IMG/VR virus record: IMGVR_UViG_3300044625_001067
Span: 186,001 to 250,000 of that record
Direction: 5' to 3' (one strand)
Length of the DNA: 64,000 bases
A model generated the notes under the pieces. It made no database searches. It was not told where the DNA came from and was given only the letters and a program-made list of their open reading frames with translations. The translations under genes and the position numbers were made by a program. Position 1 is the stretch's first letter; each line of letters begins with the position of its first letter. Positions 35,131 through 46,689 of the stretch are shown here, one piece after another.

Positions 35131-38100
35131 ATGTCAGCAAAAGCCAAACGAATAGTTCTGAAGCGTTCTTCAATCGCCGGAAAGAGGCCGAGTCCGTCGC
35201 ACCTTCCGCCAGGTGAAATCGGCCTAAACACAAACAGCGAAGAACCAGGGCTTTTCTTCTCAGTCACTGACGGTCAAGTAATTAAAGTTGGGCCCCCCTC
35301 AGTGCTACCCCTTCCTCCTACGAACCTCCCTGAAAAGGGTGAGTTGTGGTTCGACACCGAGGACGGCACACTCAATGTGGGGGACGCAACGAGTCAGTGG
35401 CGCACGGTGTCCGCTCCTTTCCTCGGTGGTGGGGGGAGCATAGTGTTTGTTGCGCCTGAGTTTAAGTACTCAACGGATTCTCTTCGAAACGACGGGCAAG
35501 CCTTGCCCTTTCAGACTTTATCCCGAGCAATACTTGAGCTTTCAAAGATATACATAAGCCGCGTTTTAGCTGGTTTCTCCACTTCGAACGAAAGCAATCG
35601 CTATACGATCCTTCTCTCCTCCTCCATCATAACAGCCAACAATGGCCCCGGTGTTAGCCTCGATGACTTCACTGTAAATTTCTCTTCTTCAGGCGACAAA
35701 GTTACAACTGCGCAACTCCAGCAGTTCAACCCCCTAAGTGGAGGGATAATTGTCCCCTTCGGTATCTCGATTATAGGGCTCGATCTAAAAAAGTGCGTTG
35801 TTTCCCCGGCATTTGTTCCGTCATATTTCAACCCGGCATTTCCTGCAGCTTACCAAGGAATTGACCAACCCTTAAGCTCAATTTTCAAATGCGTAGGAAA
35901 TTCTGTAGCTGAGTCCTTCTCCGTAGTTGACAAATTGTCATCGAGAACTGTTATTTCAGTTACAGAAGAAAACGGACTAGCCGTTTTTATTTCCGAAAGA
36001 CCGCACGGACACTTATTCAATGATGTCGCGTCCGTAAGTTTCGAGCCGACTGTGGATCAGAGCACAGGGACATTCACCGCAGGGAACTACTATGTTGTCC
36101 CCATTGATACTGACCGCTTTTACTTATCTTTCGGGTCTCAAACAGAGACTCCCGCTGCGGAGTACGTACCTTTCTCCTCTTTACCGGCATTCAGTGATAA
36201 GACAACGCCGAAGTTTTTAGTGGAAAACACTCTAAAGTCTGCTCACAGGCTCAAGGTGTTCGAAAACGCAACTTTATTTGAGATTGGTGAGTACTTCACG
36301 AAAGTTCAGAAGGCATTTCCTGACTTCTTTGGCGGGAAAGTCACAAAGGGCATGTCCCTAGTAGATAGCGGGGACTATACAATCGTAGCCCCAGTTGGGG
36401 CCTACCCTAACAACGAGGAATCAAACACCACGAGAAACTCGCCGTTTTACGCAAAAGACGTTGTTCTCAGATCCGACTATGGCATGAACTGGGGGGATTT
36501 CGACGGGGCGTCTGTTTCCGGGTTTAAGTCGGTAGTTGCAGTCTCTTGCACAGCGGTTTCTTTACAGAACGACCCGTGCGTGTACGAAATTTACACAACC
36601 CTCGTAAACCCGGCCACGAAGCTACCAGAGCAAAAGTGGTGGAATTTGACTGAAGCGAAGTTTCTATCGACTCCAGTGGAGCTTCGCCCTTCTTCGCTGT
36701 CCGACGTTACAGTGAAGGATCAACTTTCCTTGTTAAACTCCACTCCCGTAAATAACATACGGTATTACTACAAGAGCCTCACGGAGCCAGGCGGCAAAAG
36801 CATAGGAATTGTAGACATTGAGAGGGACTTCCGGCATTTCGGGTTTCGAGTTAGGAACGGGGCCCACGGACAGTTTCAATCTGTGTACAGTATCGGCCCT
36901 GCAATTGGGGTCTGGGCGCTAAACGGCGGAACCTGCAGCCTAACAAATAGCACGACAAACTTCGGATCGGTTGCGTTTAAGTCTGAGGGTTTCCTCGGAA
37001 TCAACACAATCGGAGGTGCAAAACCGAACGGAAGGGGATTCGTTCTTGAGGGTGTTCAAAGGCCACTGGCCCTGCTTAAGTCTCAGGTAGAGAACCCAGA
37101 CAATAAGAGAATACTTTCCCTTGGGGGAAAGATTAAGGCGATTTACATTGACCCCGAGGACCCGAACACGCAAATACTAGAGCTGAGCTCAGACTTTTCC
37201 CCGTGTCACTTACTTCCTTACTCCTTAGGGCCGGGGACAGCACTCTGGGTTGAAACTGAGTCCTGCACCTACCGTGGATTTTTTGCCGCAGACGGGGGGC
37301 CAACGGTTATTACTGGCCTTGGGGACCCCGTAAACTTCGCTAAACTCCGCTTAAGGTCCTCAGACAGTACGATACCGAATGATGAGAGTCTACTACCCAT
37401 TCTTGGTGTCCCTTATATTCGAAGGTTTACGGACCCAAGACAAGACTTTGAAAGATCGTATAGTCTGTTCATAAGAAACACCCTTCCGAACGCTATCGCC
37501 CCCCAAGTTGGATCGGTACTAAGGTTAAACCAAACCAGCCAACAACAGGGTTCAATTTCGCTAAGACCGAATGTTCAATTTGACCCAGGAATTCTAGGGG
37601 GTTGGGGAAGACTATTCACAGTTGATGCTACGGAGACAGGTGGACAAGGGTCTTCTCCACAGTTTAACTACGTCATTGGGGATAGTAACCAAGATCTAAC
37701 TTACTATGTAGCAATCACTGCAACAGACTACAGTCGCCCATGGGGACAGGGGGCCGATTTCAATCTTCCTTCGGGTTCGTACACGACATACAGAAACAGA
37801 AACTGGTACACAGCCGAGAATAACCTGTGGACCTGCGTGTATTACGGCGAGGCTTTAAGCTTTACGGACAGCTTCGGGCCTTTCTCTGTGGCCCCGATCG
37901 AGACCTGCTCGCCGTTCGTTGACACAAGTGTTCTGGAAAAACAAGAAAAAGTCTCAGAAACTTTTCAAGGTTCTTACGCAGTCGACTCTTACCTGAGCAT
38001 AGAAGGGTATGCAGATCAGACCTACTTTAGAGGGGCTACAGAACCCTACCCTACCTACTCTTCTCAGGATGTTTACGACGGAGACGACAGCACAGAGAGT

Positions 38101-39903
38101 ATGGGACTGTGCCTAAAGAACTTAGCGGATGGCGCAGTTACCTACACGGTCTCTACGTTGACCGAGGTGCAGCTGAAACAAGACGCCACCTTGACTCCTC
38201 TACCAAAGAGGTACCGACCCTCAATAGCGGAGTTTTCCGTATTATCCTCAGTTGAAATCGAGAACCCGCGTCAAACTGCGTCAGTAATTCAACTGAGCTC
38301 TTCTTCAGGAGTTGAATACATTCGAGTAATAAGCTTGAACGGAACAGTTGTTCGAGGACTACGCCTAACTTACGAGAATAGCTATTACCCCACGACACTT
38401 CCGGGAAACAACTGGCCGCAGCAAACCACAGTAACAGTGTGTAGCGCAAATCCCCTGCCTCAACCCGAGCTATACGACCCGGACTGGATCAGCACCAAGA
38501 GAGCAATTTACCGTTTTTTCGAAGTCATGGGGTACTCAAAAGGCGTTCTAAAACCACTTTTAACCCCGAAGTACTGGGGCGAACGGCTGATGTCAATTTC
38601 ATCCCTTTCAGGGAATCTACCGACAAACGGCTACTCTCTTACTGTGGACAAGTGGCCTCTAGAGTTTAATCAACCTTCAGTAATAACTGCAAACACTCAC
38701 ACGTGGGCTTACGCAGGCTACTACAACTACTCTCGTGGACTTCCTGAGTTTCAGAGCAATGACTTCACTCGAAAGCTGGCTACCGACTACCAAGCCACAA
38801 CCACCTGGAGCGGAAGACTCACTGTGATGGGTGTGAACGATAAGGGGGAAATTGTTCAGTTTGGTCCACAGCGTCAGGCACTAACAGCGAACTTCTACGA
38901 GTCTTCTACTCCGACAAATAACCCCAGCAACCAACAAATCTACGAAGAGCAACCATATGTTGAGTTTCCTTCACAAGTTGTTGTATACTCTGCCGACGAT
39001 ATTTCACCTGAGTTCAACGGGTCACGTTCAACCTTCGACTTAACTCGTAGTGGCTTAGCGATACCCCCGGATCAGCTGTCCGCAGAGTCTTTATTCGTAA
39101 CCCTTGGGGCTTCCGTTCAAAAACCGGGTGTAAACTACTCGCTGGTTGGAAATAGGATTCAGTTCGCAACGTCCCCTGCCGCAGGTTTGTCCTGCAATAT
39201 TCGAGTTGTAACTAGTGTTGACTCAAGCCGCACTTTGACTATCGCGTCTTTGAGCTTTACTGAACCCTGTGACGGCGCAAGAACAAACTTCACGGCCACA
39301 ATACCAGGCGACCCGAACTCATTGTCCTCCCTGGAAATAACTGCCAATAATACATTTGTCTTTTTGGGGGGAGTACTTCAAGTTCCTCTATCTGCTGTAA
39401 ACCCTTCTTCACCTTTCTCATACTCCGTGGAAAGGATGTCTCCGACAACTGTCCAGTTTTCCTTCACAGGGGTTCCCCCTGAGGGGAGCACCATTGATGT
39501 AAGGTCTGTCTGCTCTGGCCCATATTGGTCCCTCCGGTCCACTTTCCCGGTCGAAGTTTACTCTTTGGATGATATCAGTAGTGAGTTTAACGGGGCTAAG
39601 ACTTCTTTCACGCTTAGGTACGGCGGGAAGAGAGTGGACGCGTTGACAGTGAATGACGGAAACCTTCTACTGAGCTTGGGTGGCGCGGTTCAGCTACCTC
39701 GTGTGTCATACACAATAGAAAACTCGGTCCTAACCTTCTTAGATCCTGCTGACGCACCACAACCCGGAACCATCGTAAACCTACGAGTCATAGCTAACGC
39801 TGAGTTTATCTTCTGTCCTAGCCAAGGCAAGTACGGGAGTAGTTTCTTAAGATGGGGTCCGGGAATCGTGCTATCCGTAGCAAACGAGATCGGGGCGTTA
39901 TGA
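35131..39903 (+). CDS. Large tail fibre/tail-spike-like structural protein (1590 aa)
   Basis: N-terminal LKRSSIAGKRP..L..GEIGLN adaptor; central beta-helix-like region paralogous to 39941 ORF; C-terminal DDIS.EFNG....F.L repeats. Confidence 0.7.
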   Translation: MSAKAKRIVLKRSSIAGKRPSPSHLPPGEIGLNTNSEEPGLFFSVTDGQVIKVGPPSVLPLPPTNLPEKGELWFDTEDGTLNVGDATSQWRTVSAPFLGGGGSIVFVAPEFKYSTDSLRNDGQALPFQTLSRAILELSKIYISRVLAGFSTSNESNRYTILLSSSIITANNGPGVSLDDFTVNFSSSGDKVTTAQLQQFNPLSGGIIVPFGISIIGLDLKKCVVSPAFVPSYFNPAFPAAYQGIDQPLSSIFKCVGNSVAESFSVVDKLSSRTVISVTEENGLAVFISERPHGHLFNDVASVSFEPTVDQSTGTFTAGNYYVVPIDTDRFYLSFGSQTETPAAEYVPFSSLPAFSDKTTPKFLVENTLKSAHRLKVFENATLFEIGEYFTKVQKAFPDFFGGKVTKGMSLVDSGDYTIVAPVGAYPNNEESNTTRNSPFYAKDVVLRSDYGMNWGDFDGASVSGFKSVVAVSCTAVSLQNDPCVYEIYTTLVNPATKLPEQKWWNLTEAKFLSTPVELRPSSLSDVTVKDQLSLLNSTPVNNIRYYYKSLTEPGGKSIGIVDIERDFRHFGFRVRNGAHGQFQSVYSIGPAIGVWALNGGTCSLTNSTTNFGSVAFKSEGFLGINTIGGAKPNGRGFVLEGVQRPLALLKSQVENPDNKRILSLGGKIKAIYIDPEDPNTQILELSSDFSPCHLLPYSLGPGTALWVETESCTYRGFFAADGGPTVITGLGDPVNFAKLRLRSSDSTIPNDESLLPILGVPYIRRFTDPRQDFERSYSLFIRNTLPNAIAPQVGSVLRLNQTSQQQGSISLRPNVQFDPGILGGWGRLFTVDATETGGQGSSPQFNYVIGDSNQDLTYYVAITATDYSRPWGQGADFNLPSGSYTTYRNRNWYTAENNLWTCVYYGEALSFTDSFGPFSVAPIETCSPFVDTSVLEKQEKVSETFQGSYAVDSYLSIEGYADQTYFRGATEPYPTYSSQDVYDGDDSTESMGLCLKNLADGAVTYTVSTLTEVQLKQDATLTPLPKRYRPSIAEFSVLSSVEIENPRQTASVIQLSSSSGVEYIRVISLNGTVVRGLRLTYENSYYPTTLPGNNWPQQTTVTVCSANPLPQPELYDPDWISTKRAIYRFFEVMGYSKGVLKPLLTPKYWGERLMSISSLSGNLPTNGYSLTVDKWPLEFNQPSVITANTHTWAYAGYYNYSRGLPEFQSNDFTRKLATDYQATTTWSGRLTVMGVNDKGEIVQFGPQRQALTANFYESSTPTNNPSNQQIYEEQPYVEFPSQVVVYSADDISPEFNGSRSTFDLTRSGLAIPPDQLSAESLFVTLGASVQKPGVNYSLVGNRIQFATSPAAGLSCNIRVVTSVDSSRTLTIASLSFTEPCDGARTNFTATIPGDPNSLSSLEITANNTFVFLGGVLQVPLSAVNPSSPFSYSVERMSPTTVQFSFTGVPPEGSTIDVRSVCSGPYWSLRSTFPVEVYSLDDISSEFNGAKTSFTLRYGGKRVDALTVNDGNLLLSLGGAVQLPRVSYTIENSVLTFLDPADAPQPGTIVNLRVIANAEFIFCPSQGKYGSSFLRWGPGIVLSVANEIGAL

Positions 39904-39906
39904 CTA

Positions 39907-39921
39907 GGGTAAAACTGCTTA
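39907..39921 (+). promoter_or_regulatory. GGGTAAAR-N5-YA putative late promoter
   Basis: GGGTAAAActgctTA upstream of 39941. Confidence 0.6.
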
Positions 39922-39940
39922 TATGTGTTAGTTCTGAACA

Positions 39941-42900
39941 GTGGCATTAACCCGAGCACAACTACTCATGGGGGACAGTGGAAAAGGCGCTGTTTTACCT
40001 GGACAACCTCAAGGGGTGAAGGAAGGCTCCGGCGTTACAATCGGGCTGGACGGAACTATCTCGTTCAATGCTGCGAGTGCAACAGGGGTCGTTAAGACCA
40101 ACAACCCGAGCGCCTTTAACTCTTATGTTTGGCCAGCAGCCCCCGTAACCGGTGGTCAGCTTACAATTGGCGTCAACGGGGTATTATCGTGGGTTGTGAG
40201 GAATCCAGGATTTGGGCTAGACCTAGAGGGAACGGCCATAAAAGTTTCTCTTCCGTTTGGAACAGTTGGGAATGCTCCGGACATCGGTACAAACGAAGAC
40301 GAAGCAACGACTGGAAGTTTGTACTGGAATAGTGAGAGTGAGCAGCTGTTTATTTGTACAGGGACATCGTGGGTCCCTGCTTCATACGGTCCCGCAGACC
40401 TTAATAATGAATTTCTCACAGGTACCTTCACGTTATACGTAAACCCTCAAATAGGTAGCGATGTTTATGTTGCGGGCGTATACGACGGGACTGTTGTGCC
40501 CGTTATCACCAACCAAATGACAGTTGCGGGGTACACACCCCAGAAGCCTTTCAAAACCCTGCAGAGAGCCGCTCTCGAAGTTGCCCGTTTCCAGGCGGGC
40601 CTGCAACCGGACTCGTTAGCATTTGATCGCTTTGTTATCAAGTGCTCAGCGGGTGAGAACACAGTTGACGGGACACCGGGAAGCGCCACAGTTAGCCCGT
40701 GGGTTAGTGGTACGACTCCAACGGAGTCTCAGTTAAGGGCAATGAATAGCGACTCTTACGCTGGCGTTATACTCCCCAGAGGTGTGTCCGTCATTGGCGA
40801 GGACCTAAGAAAGACTATAATTCGGCCAGGCTATGTTCCAGTTAAGTCCGGAAATATTGATACGGACAGAGGATCAATTCTTCGCATCACAGGTGGAGGA
40901 TTCTTCTTCAATTTCACTTTCAAGGATAAGCTCGGTTTAGCAGCTAGCCACCACTTGCTCGACTGTTTCTCGTTCGCGTCAGACGCAGACCTAACTGCTT
41001 ACTACGCCAAAGTACGGACGATCTTCGGTCAAACCAACCCGAACCTGCCTGTAAACCCCGGTGAGTCTGAGATTGTTGCGCCGAAGCCCCCTGGACTTCC
41101 TGAGGAAAACACAGATGGGGTTATAGGGTCGTCCCCCTATATATTTAACTGTTCGGTAAGGTCCCGGTACGGCCTCTGCGGAGTTTACGCGGATGGAAAC
41201 GAAGTGACCGGGTTTAAGTCCGTAGTGACTTCCCAGTTCACCGGCGTTAGCTTGCAGAGGGACTTGTACTGCTGGCAAAGATACAACTCCTCTACTAAAG
41301 TTTGGGGTAATACAATATCCAATTACGACAGCTTTATTGCGCTAAATCCCAACAATACTCGAATGGATCCCTCAAGGGTGTCCTTCCACATTAAGGCGGT
41401 TAATGGTGCGTTCATTCAGGAGGTTTCTGTTTTTGCGATTGGACAAGGGATTCACCACTGGGTGAAGAACGGGGCTGAAATCTCGGTCACAAACTCAAAC
41501 AGCTCTTTCGGGGGTTGTGCAGCTTTGGCAGAGGGCTACAAGTCTGAGGCATTCCCGCAGGACACCAACTGGAACGTGGCCACGATAAACGTGGCTACAA
41601 ATATGACAGACCAAACAACGGTGGTTAACAATATTTCCCTAGGGGTGATAGCTACGGGGGTGGCTGACGACGCCACCGTGTTGATTTTGACTCAACCCCT
41701 TATTGAGTCAGAGATTCACCTAGGGGTTCCTCAAGTCTTGGCGTCCAAGAACTACACTTTAAAGAGTGGTAGTTACCTGTGGATTGAGAATCCTAACGGA
41801 CCAGACTGGAGAGCACCTTTAGCCTCTTCACCGTGGGTATCAACAACTCCTGGAAACCTTCAAGTGTCAGCTCGAATGCAAAACCAGGACGGCGACTACC
41901 CTGGGGTTGATGGAGCTAGTTTGGTTGGGAATAAAGTTTATATACGTAGACTCGTGGATAATCGTTCCTTGAGTCAAAGACGCTACAGCCTCAACGTTAC
42001 AAACACAGATAGCAATACACGAACTCCACCTCGAGACTACGTAGTTCAAACTACGGTGAGTTCCGGCGGGGGGACCGTTGATCTGCTCCCAGACTCGGGA
42101 ATGGTTATCGTTAACAAATCTGGCCCCATTCCAATTGGAGCGGACCCCGTTGTAAGAAAAGCTCAGATTGTACTTCAAAGGGCAAACCCCTCAAACGTCT
42201 GGACATCTGGAGGGTACTACCGACCTGGTGAAACTGTAAAGCACCAAAATAAGCACTTCACATGTGTTGTGAAAAACTCAGACACTTCGTTCAATGCAGA
42301 TAAGTGGAGTGAGTCTTATGTCCACATGCCGTCGGACTTTAACGCCTACGACTTTTTCACTAATGTTGCGCCGGTAGTTTACTTTGACAATGACACAGAC
42401 GGGGTTCAACCTTCCGCAAATTGTGGTTATAACTTAGCAACTTGCTGGTCAACTGATAGTGCGATTTCGGCACAGTACAGAACTTCTACGGACTACAGAG
42501 GAGTCTACGAGTTTTTACGTGGAATTGGTTTTACAGAGCCACAAGCCACATCTATACTACTACCAGTGGTCAACTCTGATAGAGAGTTGAACCCAGGGTT
42601 GAGTTCCGACATGAAGGGGTTCACTCCTAATGGCGCCGCAAACTCTCTCTCAAACTGGCCCATTGATTTTAGACGTCCATCTGTTCTACGAGTGTTTGGC
42701 CATGCTTGGGAGTGGACTGGCTTCTTAAACTATACGAAAGCATTACCCGAGTACCAAGGGGATCTCTCTCCTCAAAATCAATTCACATACTACTTCACCA
42801 ACCAGCTCGGCGGAAGAGTGTATGCTACTGGTTTTAATCAGGAGGGTTATTTTGTAACTGCAGCAGGGTTAACTGATCTAAGCACAGGGGCAATTACCAG

Positions 42901-43564
42901 TATAACAGATATCGGTAACCCATTCGCCGGAATAGACATTCCCACCTACTACCCTCAGCTTACGGTTGATAATCTTAACGTAACAACTACTCTTGAGTTC
43001 ACTTCAGGGAGCTCTGTTTCGGGTGCTCCAATTTTTTCCCCAGAATGGTACACGAACTTTAGAGCAGCGACAGAAACTTTACCAGGGTTAGTGAACCTGT
43101 CAGCCATTACGAGTGTAGGTTTTCCCGCCGGGACCCGTATAGCCTTCAATAACGCCTCACCACCTGCTGGGTGGGTGACTGTGACAAACTCCACTCATAA
43201 CAACGCAACGATTCGAATTCTAAACTCGTCCGGGGGCGGGACAGGGGGGTCTACAGCATTCACTGATGTGTTCACAGGGACGCGTAGTTCAAGTATTAGC
43301 CTAAGCTCCAGCGGCTTTGTGAACAGTCACACCCTGTCAATAGCGGAACTAGCCTCCCACACCCACGGCTACACGGCTGCACTTTTGTCCGATACGTCTC
43401 TGGACGGGCCAACCGACAGAGAGTTTATCAGCCAAAGTTCTACAACCGACGCTACAGGATCTAACGCTGGACACGGTCACGGTTTTACAAATGCCTCCTA
43501 CTCAATGGGGGATATGAACTTTAACGTCAAGTACGTCGATTTTATCGTGGCTCAAAAAAGTTAA
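39941..43564 (+). CDS. Large tail fibre protein (1207 aa)
   Basis: PFKTLQRA, GVSVIGEDLRKTIIRP, GFKSVV..FTGVSLQ; C-terminal collar (FPAGTRIAF..PPAGW) and HTLSIAELASHTH tip motifs. Confidence 0.75.
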   Translation: MALTRAQLLMGDSGKGAVLPGQPQGVKEGSGVTIGLDGTISFNAASATGVVKTNNPSAFNSYVWPAAPVTGGQLTIGVNGVLSWVVRNPGFGLDLEGTAIKVSLPFGTVGNAPDIGTNEDEATTGSLYWNSESEQLFICTGTSWVPASYGPADLNNEFLTGTFTLYVNPQIGSDVYVAGVYDGTVVPVITNQMTVAGYTPQKPFKTLQRAALEVARFQAGLQPDSLAFDRFVIKCSAGENTVDGTPGSATVSPWVSGTTPTESQLRAMNSDSYAGVILPRGVSVIGEDLRKTIIRPGYVPVKSGNIDTDRGSILRITGGGFFFNFTFKDKLGLAASHHLLDCFSFASDADLTAYYAKVRTIFGQTNPNLPVNPGESEIVAPKPPGLPEENTDGVIGSSPYIFNCSVRSRYGLCGVYADGNEVTGFKSVVTSQFTGVSLQRDLYCWQRYNSSTKVWGNTISNYDSFIALNPNNTRMDPSRVSFHIKAVNGAFIQEVSVFAIGQGIHHWVKNGAEISVTNSNSSFGGCAALAEGYKSEAFPQDTNWNVATINVATNMTDQTTVVNNISLGVIATGVADDATVLILTQPLIESEIHLGVPQVLASKNYTLKSGSYLWIENPNGPDWRAPLASSPWVSTTPGNLQVSARMQNQDGDYPGVDGASLVGNKVYIRRLVDNRSLSQRRYSLNVTNTDSNTRTPPRDYVVQTTVSSGGGTVDLLPDSGMVIVNKSGPIPIGADPVVRKAQIVLQRANPSNVWTSGGYYRPGETVKHQNKHFTCVVKNSDTSFNADKWSESYVHMPSDFNAYDFFTNVAPVVYFDNDTDGVQPSANCGYNLATCWSTDSAISAQYRTSTDYRGVYEFLRGIGFTEPQATSILLPVVNSDRELNPGLSSDMKGFTPNGAANSLSNWPIDFRRPSVLRVFGHAWEWTGFLNYTKALPEYQGDLSPQNQFTYYFTNQLGGRVYATGFNQEGYFVTAAGLTDLSTGAITSITDIGNPFAGIDIPTYYPQLTVDNLNVTTTLEFTSGSSVSGAPIFSPEWYTNFRAATETLPGLVNLSAITSVGFPAGTRIAFNNASPPAGWVTVTNSTHNNATIRILNSSGGGTGGSTAFTDVFTGTRSSSISLSSSGFVNSHTLSIAELASHTHGYTAALLSDTSLDGPTDREFISQSSTTDATGSNAGHGHGFTNASYSMGDMNFNVKYVDFIVAQKS

Positions 43565-43581
43565 TCAAATCACTTGAAATC

Positions 43582-43902
43582 ATGAAAAAAGGAAACCACT
43601 GCCCACTTATTCGAAAAGACTGCATTGAAAATAAATGTGCTTGGTACTGCCAAGCGAGAGGTGTGAACCCGAACACTGGTCTTGAGGTATCTGAGTGGCA
43701 ATGTGCTGTGAACCTCCTCCCGGTTCTTTTAATCGAAAATTCGTATCAGCAGAGGCAAACCTCCGCGTCTGTCCAAAGTTTCCGAAATGAATCAGTGGAA
43801 AGATCGGACTTACTGAATACGATTCTACTGCAAGCTTCTCAGGGGCACTCACGCAGAGACTCAATCCAGCCTGTGGACCTGAAAGAGCTTTCACCAGGGT
43901 AA
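43582..43902 (+). CDS. Cys-rich hypothetical protein associated with tail fibre
   Basis: CPLIRKDC...CAW...W.CA; follows fibre gene. Confidence 0.6.
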   Translation: MKKGNHCPLIRKDCIENKCAWYCQARGVNPNTGLEVSEWQCAVNLLPVLLIENSYQQRQTSASVQSFRNESVERSDLLNTILLQASQGHSRRDSIQPVDLKELSPG

Positions 43903-43924
43903 AGTCCCTTAGCACCTTAACGAA

Positions 43925-44620
43925 ATGTCTAAGATTACAATCGTCCCAATTGATAGAGTAGTAGTTCTCAACGGTATCGTAGCCTCGGGAGTTGACATGA
44001 CTTCCGTTGACCCTGCTATACACGCTATACAGTTTGACACTGAAAGCTCGGAGGGGACCGTAGAGTACAAAGGGGACCCGACCAAAGGGGTCACACCCTA
44101 CGTAGAAGTCATAGCGAGTATTGAGCCGTGGGAGATTCTAATCGCAGAAGCTGAAGAGATGAACTTCTGCAAGCGAAACCCTAAAACCTTTTACAACACC
44201 GTCCCCCCCGTGGGAAAGAAAATTGTAGTTTCTGAGAGGGGTTGGCCTCAACCGAGAAACTCAACTGAAAAACCGCCCACGGATCAGCCCTACTTAAACA
44301 CATCCCTTTATTGGGATGGCTCTGACTATGTTTGGTCTGTTTTTCCACTTGACTTGTCTCTACTTGACGCACAAAACTTTGTAGCAGACGGGATAAGCGA
44401 GAAAACTTATTCCTTGTTACAACCATCCGATTGGATGGTGGTTCGTCAGACTGAAACTGGAAAGGATACTCCTGAAGATTGGGGCACGTGGAGAGAAGCT
44501 GTAAGAGAAGAGTCAAAGGTTAAGCGAAGGTTAACCTTCGAAAAAGAGGACTTGGCATCGTTAAGCGACTATTGCAATAGCACGGAATTTCACTCTTGGC
44601 CCATTTCCCCGTCCGCCTAG
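43925..44620 (+). CDS. Tail fibre assembly chaperone-like protein
   Basis: LLQPSDWMVVR..E......W..WR.A.R...WP C-terminal pattern. Confidence 0.6.
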   Translation: MSKITIVPIDRVVVLNGIVASGVDMTSVDPAIHAIQFDTESSEGTVEYKGDPTKGVTPYVEVIASIEPWEILIAEAEEMNFCKRNPKTFYNTVPPVGKKIVVSERGWPQPRNSTEKPPTDQPYLNTSLYWDGSDYVWSVFPLDLSLLDAQNFVADGISEKTYSLLQPSDWMVVRQTETGKDTPEDWGTWREAVREESKVKRRLTFEKEDLASLSDYCNSTEFHSWPISPSA

Positions 44621-44623
44621 GCC

Positions 44624-45700
44624 ATGATCACAAAAATACAAATTTTAAGGAGTCTAGAAGAACAGAAACGCCCTAACCCTGCGGCTCTCTCCCAGGGCCA
44701 ATTGGCTGTGAACATCGACCCTGCAGAGCCAGGCTTATACTTCGCAGACACTGACGGCAATCTTCGAAAGATAGGCCCGTGCCATGTTGGGCCGGAGCCT
44801 CCAAACTTTGGTGTGCCACCTTCGTATTTCAGTGGAAACTGTGTCGGAGAAATGTGGTACGACACCGCCGAGGGGTCACTCAATATATGGGACGGGTACG
44901 TATGGCTCGCCATACAGGGCGGGGGGACATCCCCAGGAACAATTGGGGCGACGGGGCCTGCGGGGGCCACTGGTGCCGCTGGTCCTACAGGTGTGGGGAC
45001 TTCTGGCGCAAGTGGTGCGACGGGTGCGACGGGTCCTATCGGGGCAACGGGTGCGGGAGTTACCGGGGCGACTGGAGTGGGAACTTCTGGCGCGACGGGT
45101 GCGACGGGTCCTATCGGGGCAACGGGTGCGGGAGTTACCGGGGCGACTGGAGTGGGAACTTCTGGCGCGACGGGTGCAACTGGGGCTGTGGGTGCAACCG
45201 GTGCAGGTGTAACTGGGGCAACTGGGGCTAAAGGTGCCACCGGTGCATCTGGGGTTGGGGTGCCGGGGGCCACAGGAGCCACAGGAGCTGTCGGGGCGAC
45301 AGGCCCCGTAGGATCCCTACGAGTAAATACCACTTACACAACCAGTTTGCTATCTCAGGGTGACATTGAAGACTTTACACTTGGGCTGGGTAAACTTTCA
45401 GACTTAGTTTCCATTCAAGTGTCAGAACCCGCTTGGGTTCGAATGTACCGGTCAAGTGTACAACGGGAGGCAGACCCTCGACCTGCGCCGGGGGGTCCTT
45501 TTCAGTCTATGATAGATCTTGGAGACAACAAACCCTATTCAGAAAACGTTACAACCCTGACCCCTGAAACCATTATTCAAAACCCTGTTCCGCTTCTTCA
45601 AGGCGATTCAAACGGTCTTGTTTACGTTAGACTAGTCAAACGTGGCGTAGGATCCAGCGCGATAACCTTAACCACAACAACTCATCCTCAGGAGAACTAA
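44624..45700 (+). CDS. Collagen-like tail fibre protein
   Basis: GATGxxG repeats; N-terminal adaptor shared with 47024 ORF. Confidence 0.75.
   Translation: MITKIQILRSLEEQKRPNPAALSQGQLAVNIDPAEPGLYFADTDGNLRKIGPCHVGPEPPNFGVPPSYFSGNCVGEMWYDTAEGSLNIWDGYVWLAIQGGGTSPGTIGATGPAGATGAAGPTGVGTSGASGATGATGPIGATGAGVTGATGVGTSGATGATGPIGATGAGVTGATGVGTSGATGATGAVGATGAGVTGATGAKGATGASGVGVPGATGATGAVGATGPVGSLRVNTTYTTSLLSQGDIEDFTLGLGKLSDLVSIQVSEPAWVRMYRSSVQREADPRPAPGGPFQSMIDLGDNKPYSENVTTLTPETIIQNPVPLLQGDSNGLVYVRLVKRGVGSSAITLTTTTHPQEN
45017..45177 (+). repeat. Exact 75-nt tandem duplication in collagen region
   Basis: 45017-45091 = 45092-45166, plus partial third copy. Confidence 0.9.
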
Positions 45701-45705
45701 CAATT

Positions 45706-46689
45706 ATGGCCGTTACGAAACAAGCTTACGTCGCCAATGCACCCTGGACAATCACTCAGGTCACTGATACAGTGCGAGATGCCTTTATCGGCGCGGGGTT
45801 AATGACAGCCTGGCATGATTCTTTTACATCGGGAGGTAGAGAGCACCGAGTTTTGGAGATTATATACAATGGTTCCAAAACCTATGGAAAAACTTATTAC
45901 TGGTTCACATTCGATGGAACCGGAATTTGGGTTAGAACCAGTACGGGGTGGAACACCACATCTAAGATTCCTAGTGGACCGGGGGTTCCAGGTACACAAT
46001 ATGTTGACTGGTTTGATACTACTACAGCGGGACTTGGAGCTGCGTCTCAATTATTAGCAATATCCACATCAATCAGCTTCTCTATTACTCGTTACACATC
46101 AAGTGGTAGAAGCTTTTTTGTTCTTCGGACTGGCACATCATACTTCACGTTTACAATCGACCCTCCAGGTACATCTTTTAGAGCGTTTTACGATCTAAAT
46201 CTTGGTTATCATAGTGGCATCTACCAAGTCACCACACAAGGTAGAAAGGTTGTCATCAACTCCGTACATCGCAATAGAAGGGAGCTTCTTCTTGGGTCTA
46301 GTCTAAACAACTCAACTTCCGGGAGCGGAGTTCCATCTCGAGTACCCTGCTCAGAGTATTGCATTCCAACTAATTATGGAAATAACAACCAGGCAAGTTT
46401 ACCGGAAGAGGGGTTTTTATTGCCCGGTTGGACAACCGCAGCCAACCCGAGTGCGGGATCAGATTTTAATCCGGTTTTTAACGGCATTCGGCTCACTAGT
46501 ATTCATTCAGCAGACTTACCCGCAGAGTTCGGCGTATCCTCCATTAAAAATAGCGACATCTTGGCAATACAAGACAATGCCACAGTGAGTGCTGGAGTTG
46601 AAGAGTACGAGATACTAGCATTTTTTAACACTGGAACTACAAATTCACTAACCAGCAACCCGGTATTCCTAGCCCGTACAGTGGGATGA
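45706..46689 (+). CDS. Putative virion/receptor-binding protein
   Basis: Ser/Thr/Gly-rich beta-type protein in fibre cluster. Confidence 0.5.
   Translation: MAVTKQAYVANAPWTITQVTDTVRDAFIGAGLMTAWHDSFTSGGREHRVLEIIYNGSKTYGKTYYWFTFDGTGIWVRTSTGWNTTSKIPSGPGVPGTQYVDWFDTTTAGLGAASQLLAISTSISFSITRYTSSGRSFFVLRTGTSYFTFTIDPPGTSFRAFYDLNLGYHSGIYQVTTQGRKVVINSVHRNRRELLLGSSLNNSTSGSGVPSRVPCSEYCIPTNYGNNNQASLPEEGFLLPGWTTAANPSAGSDFNPVFNGIRLTSIHSADLPAEFGVSSIKNSDILAIQDNATVSAGVEEYEILAFFNTGTTNSLTSNPVFLARTVG

Noticed and set aside
44617-45333. Minus-strand PVAP-repeat ORF and other overlapping ORFs
   Set aside because: Antisense or frame shadows of the collagen GXY repeats; likewise for the many short minus-strand ORFs under long genes
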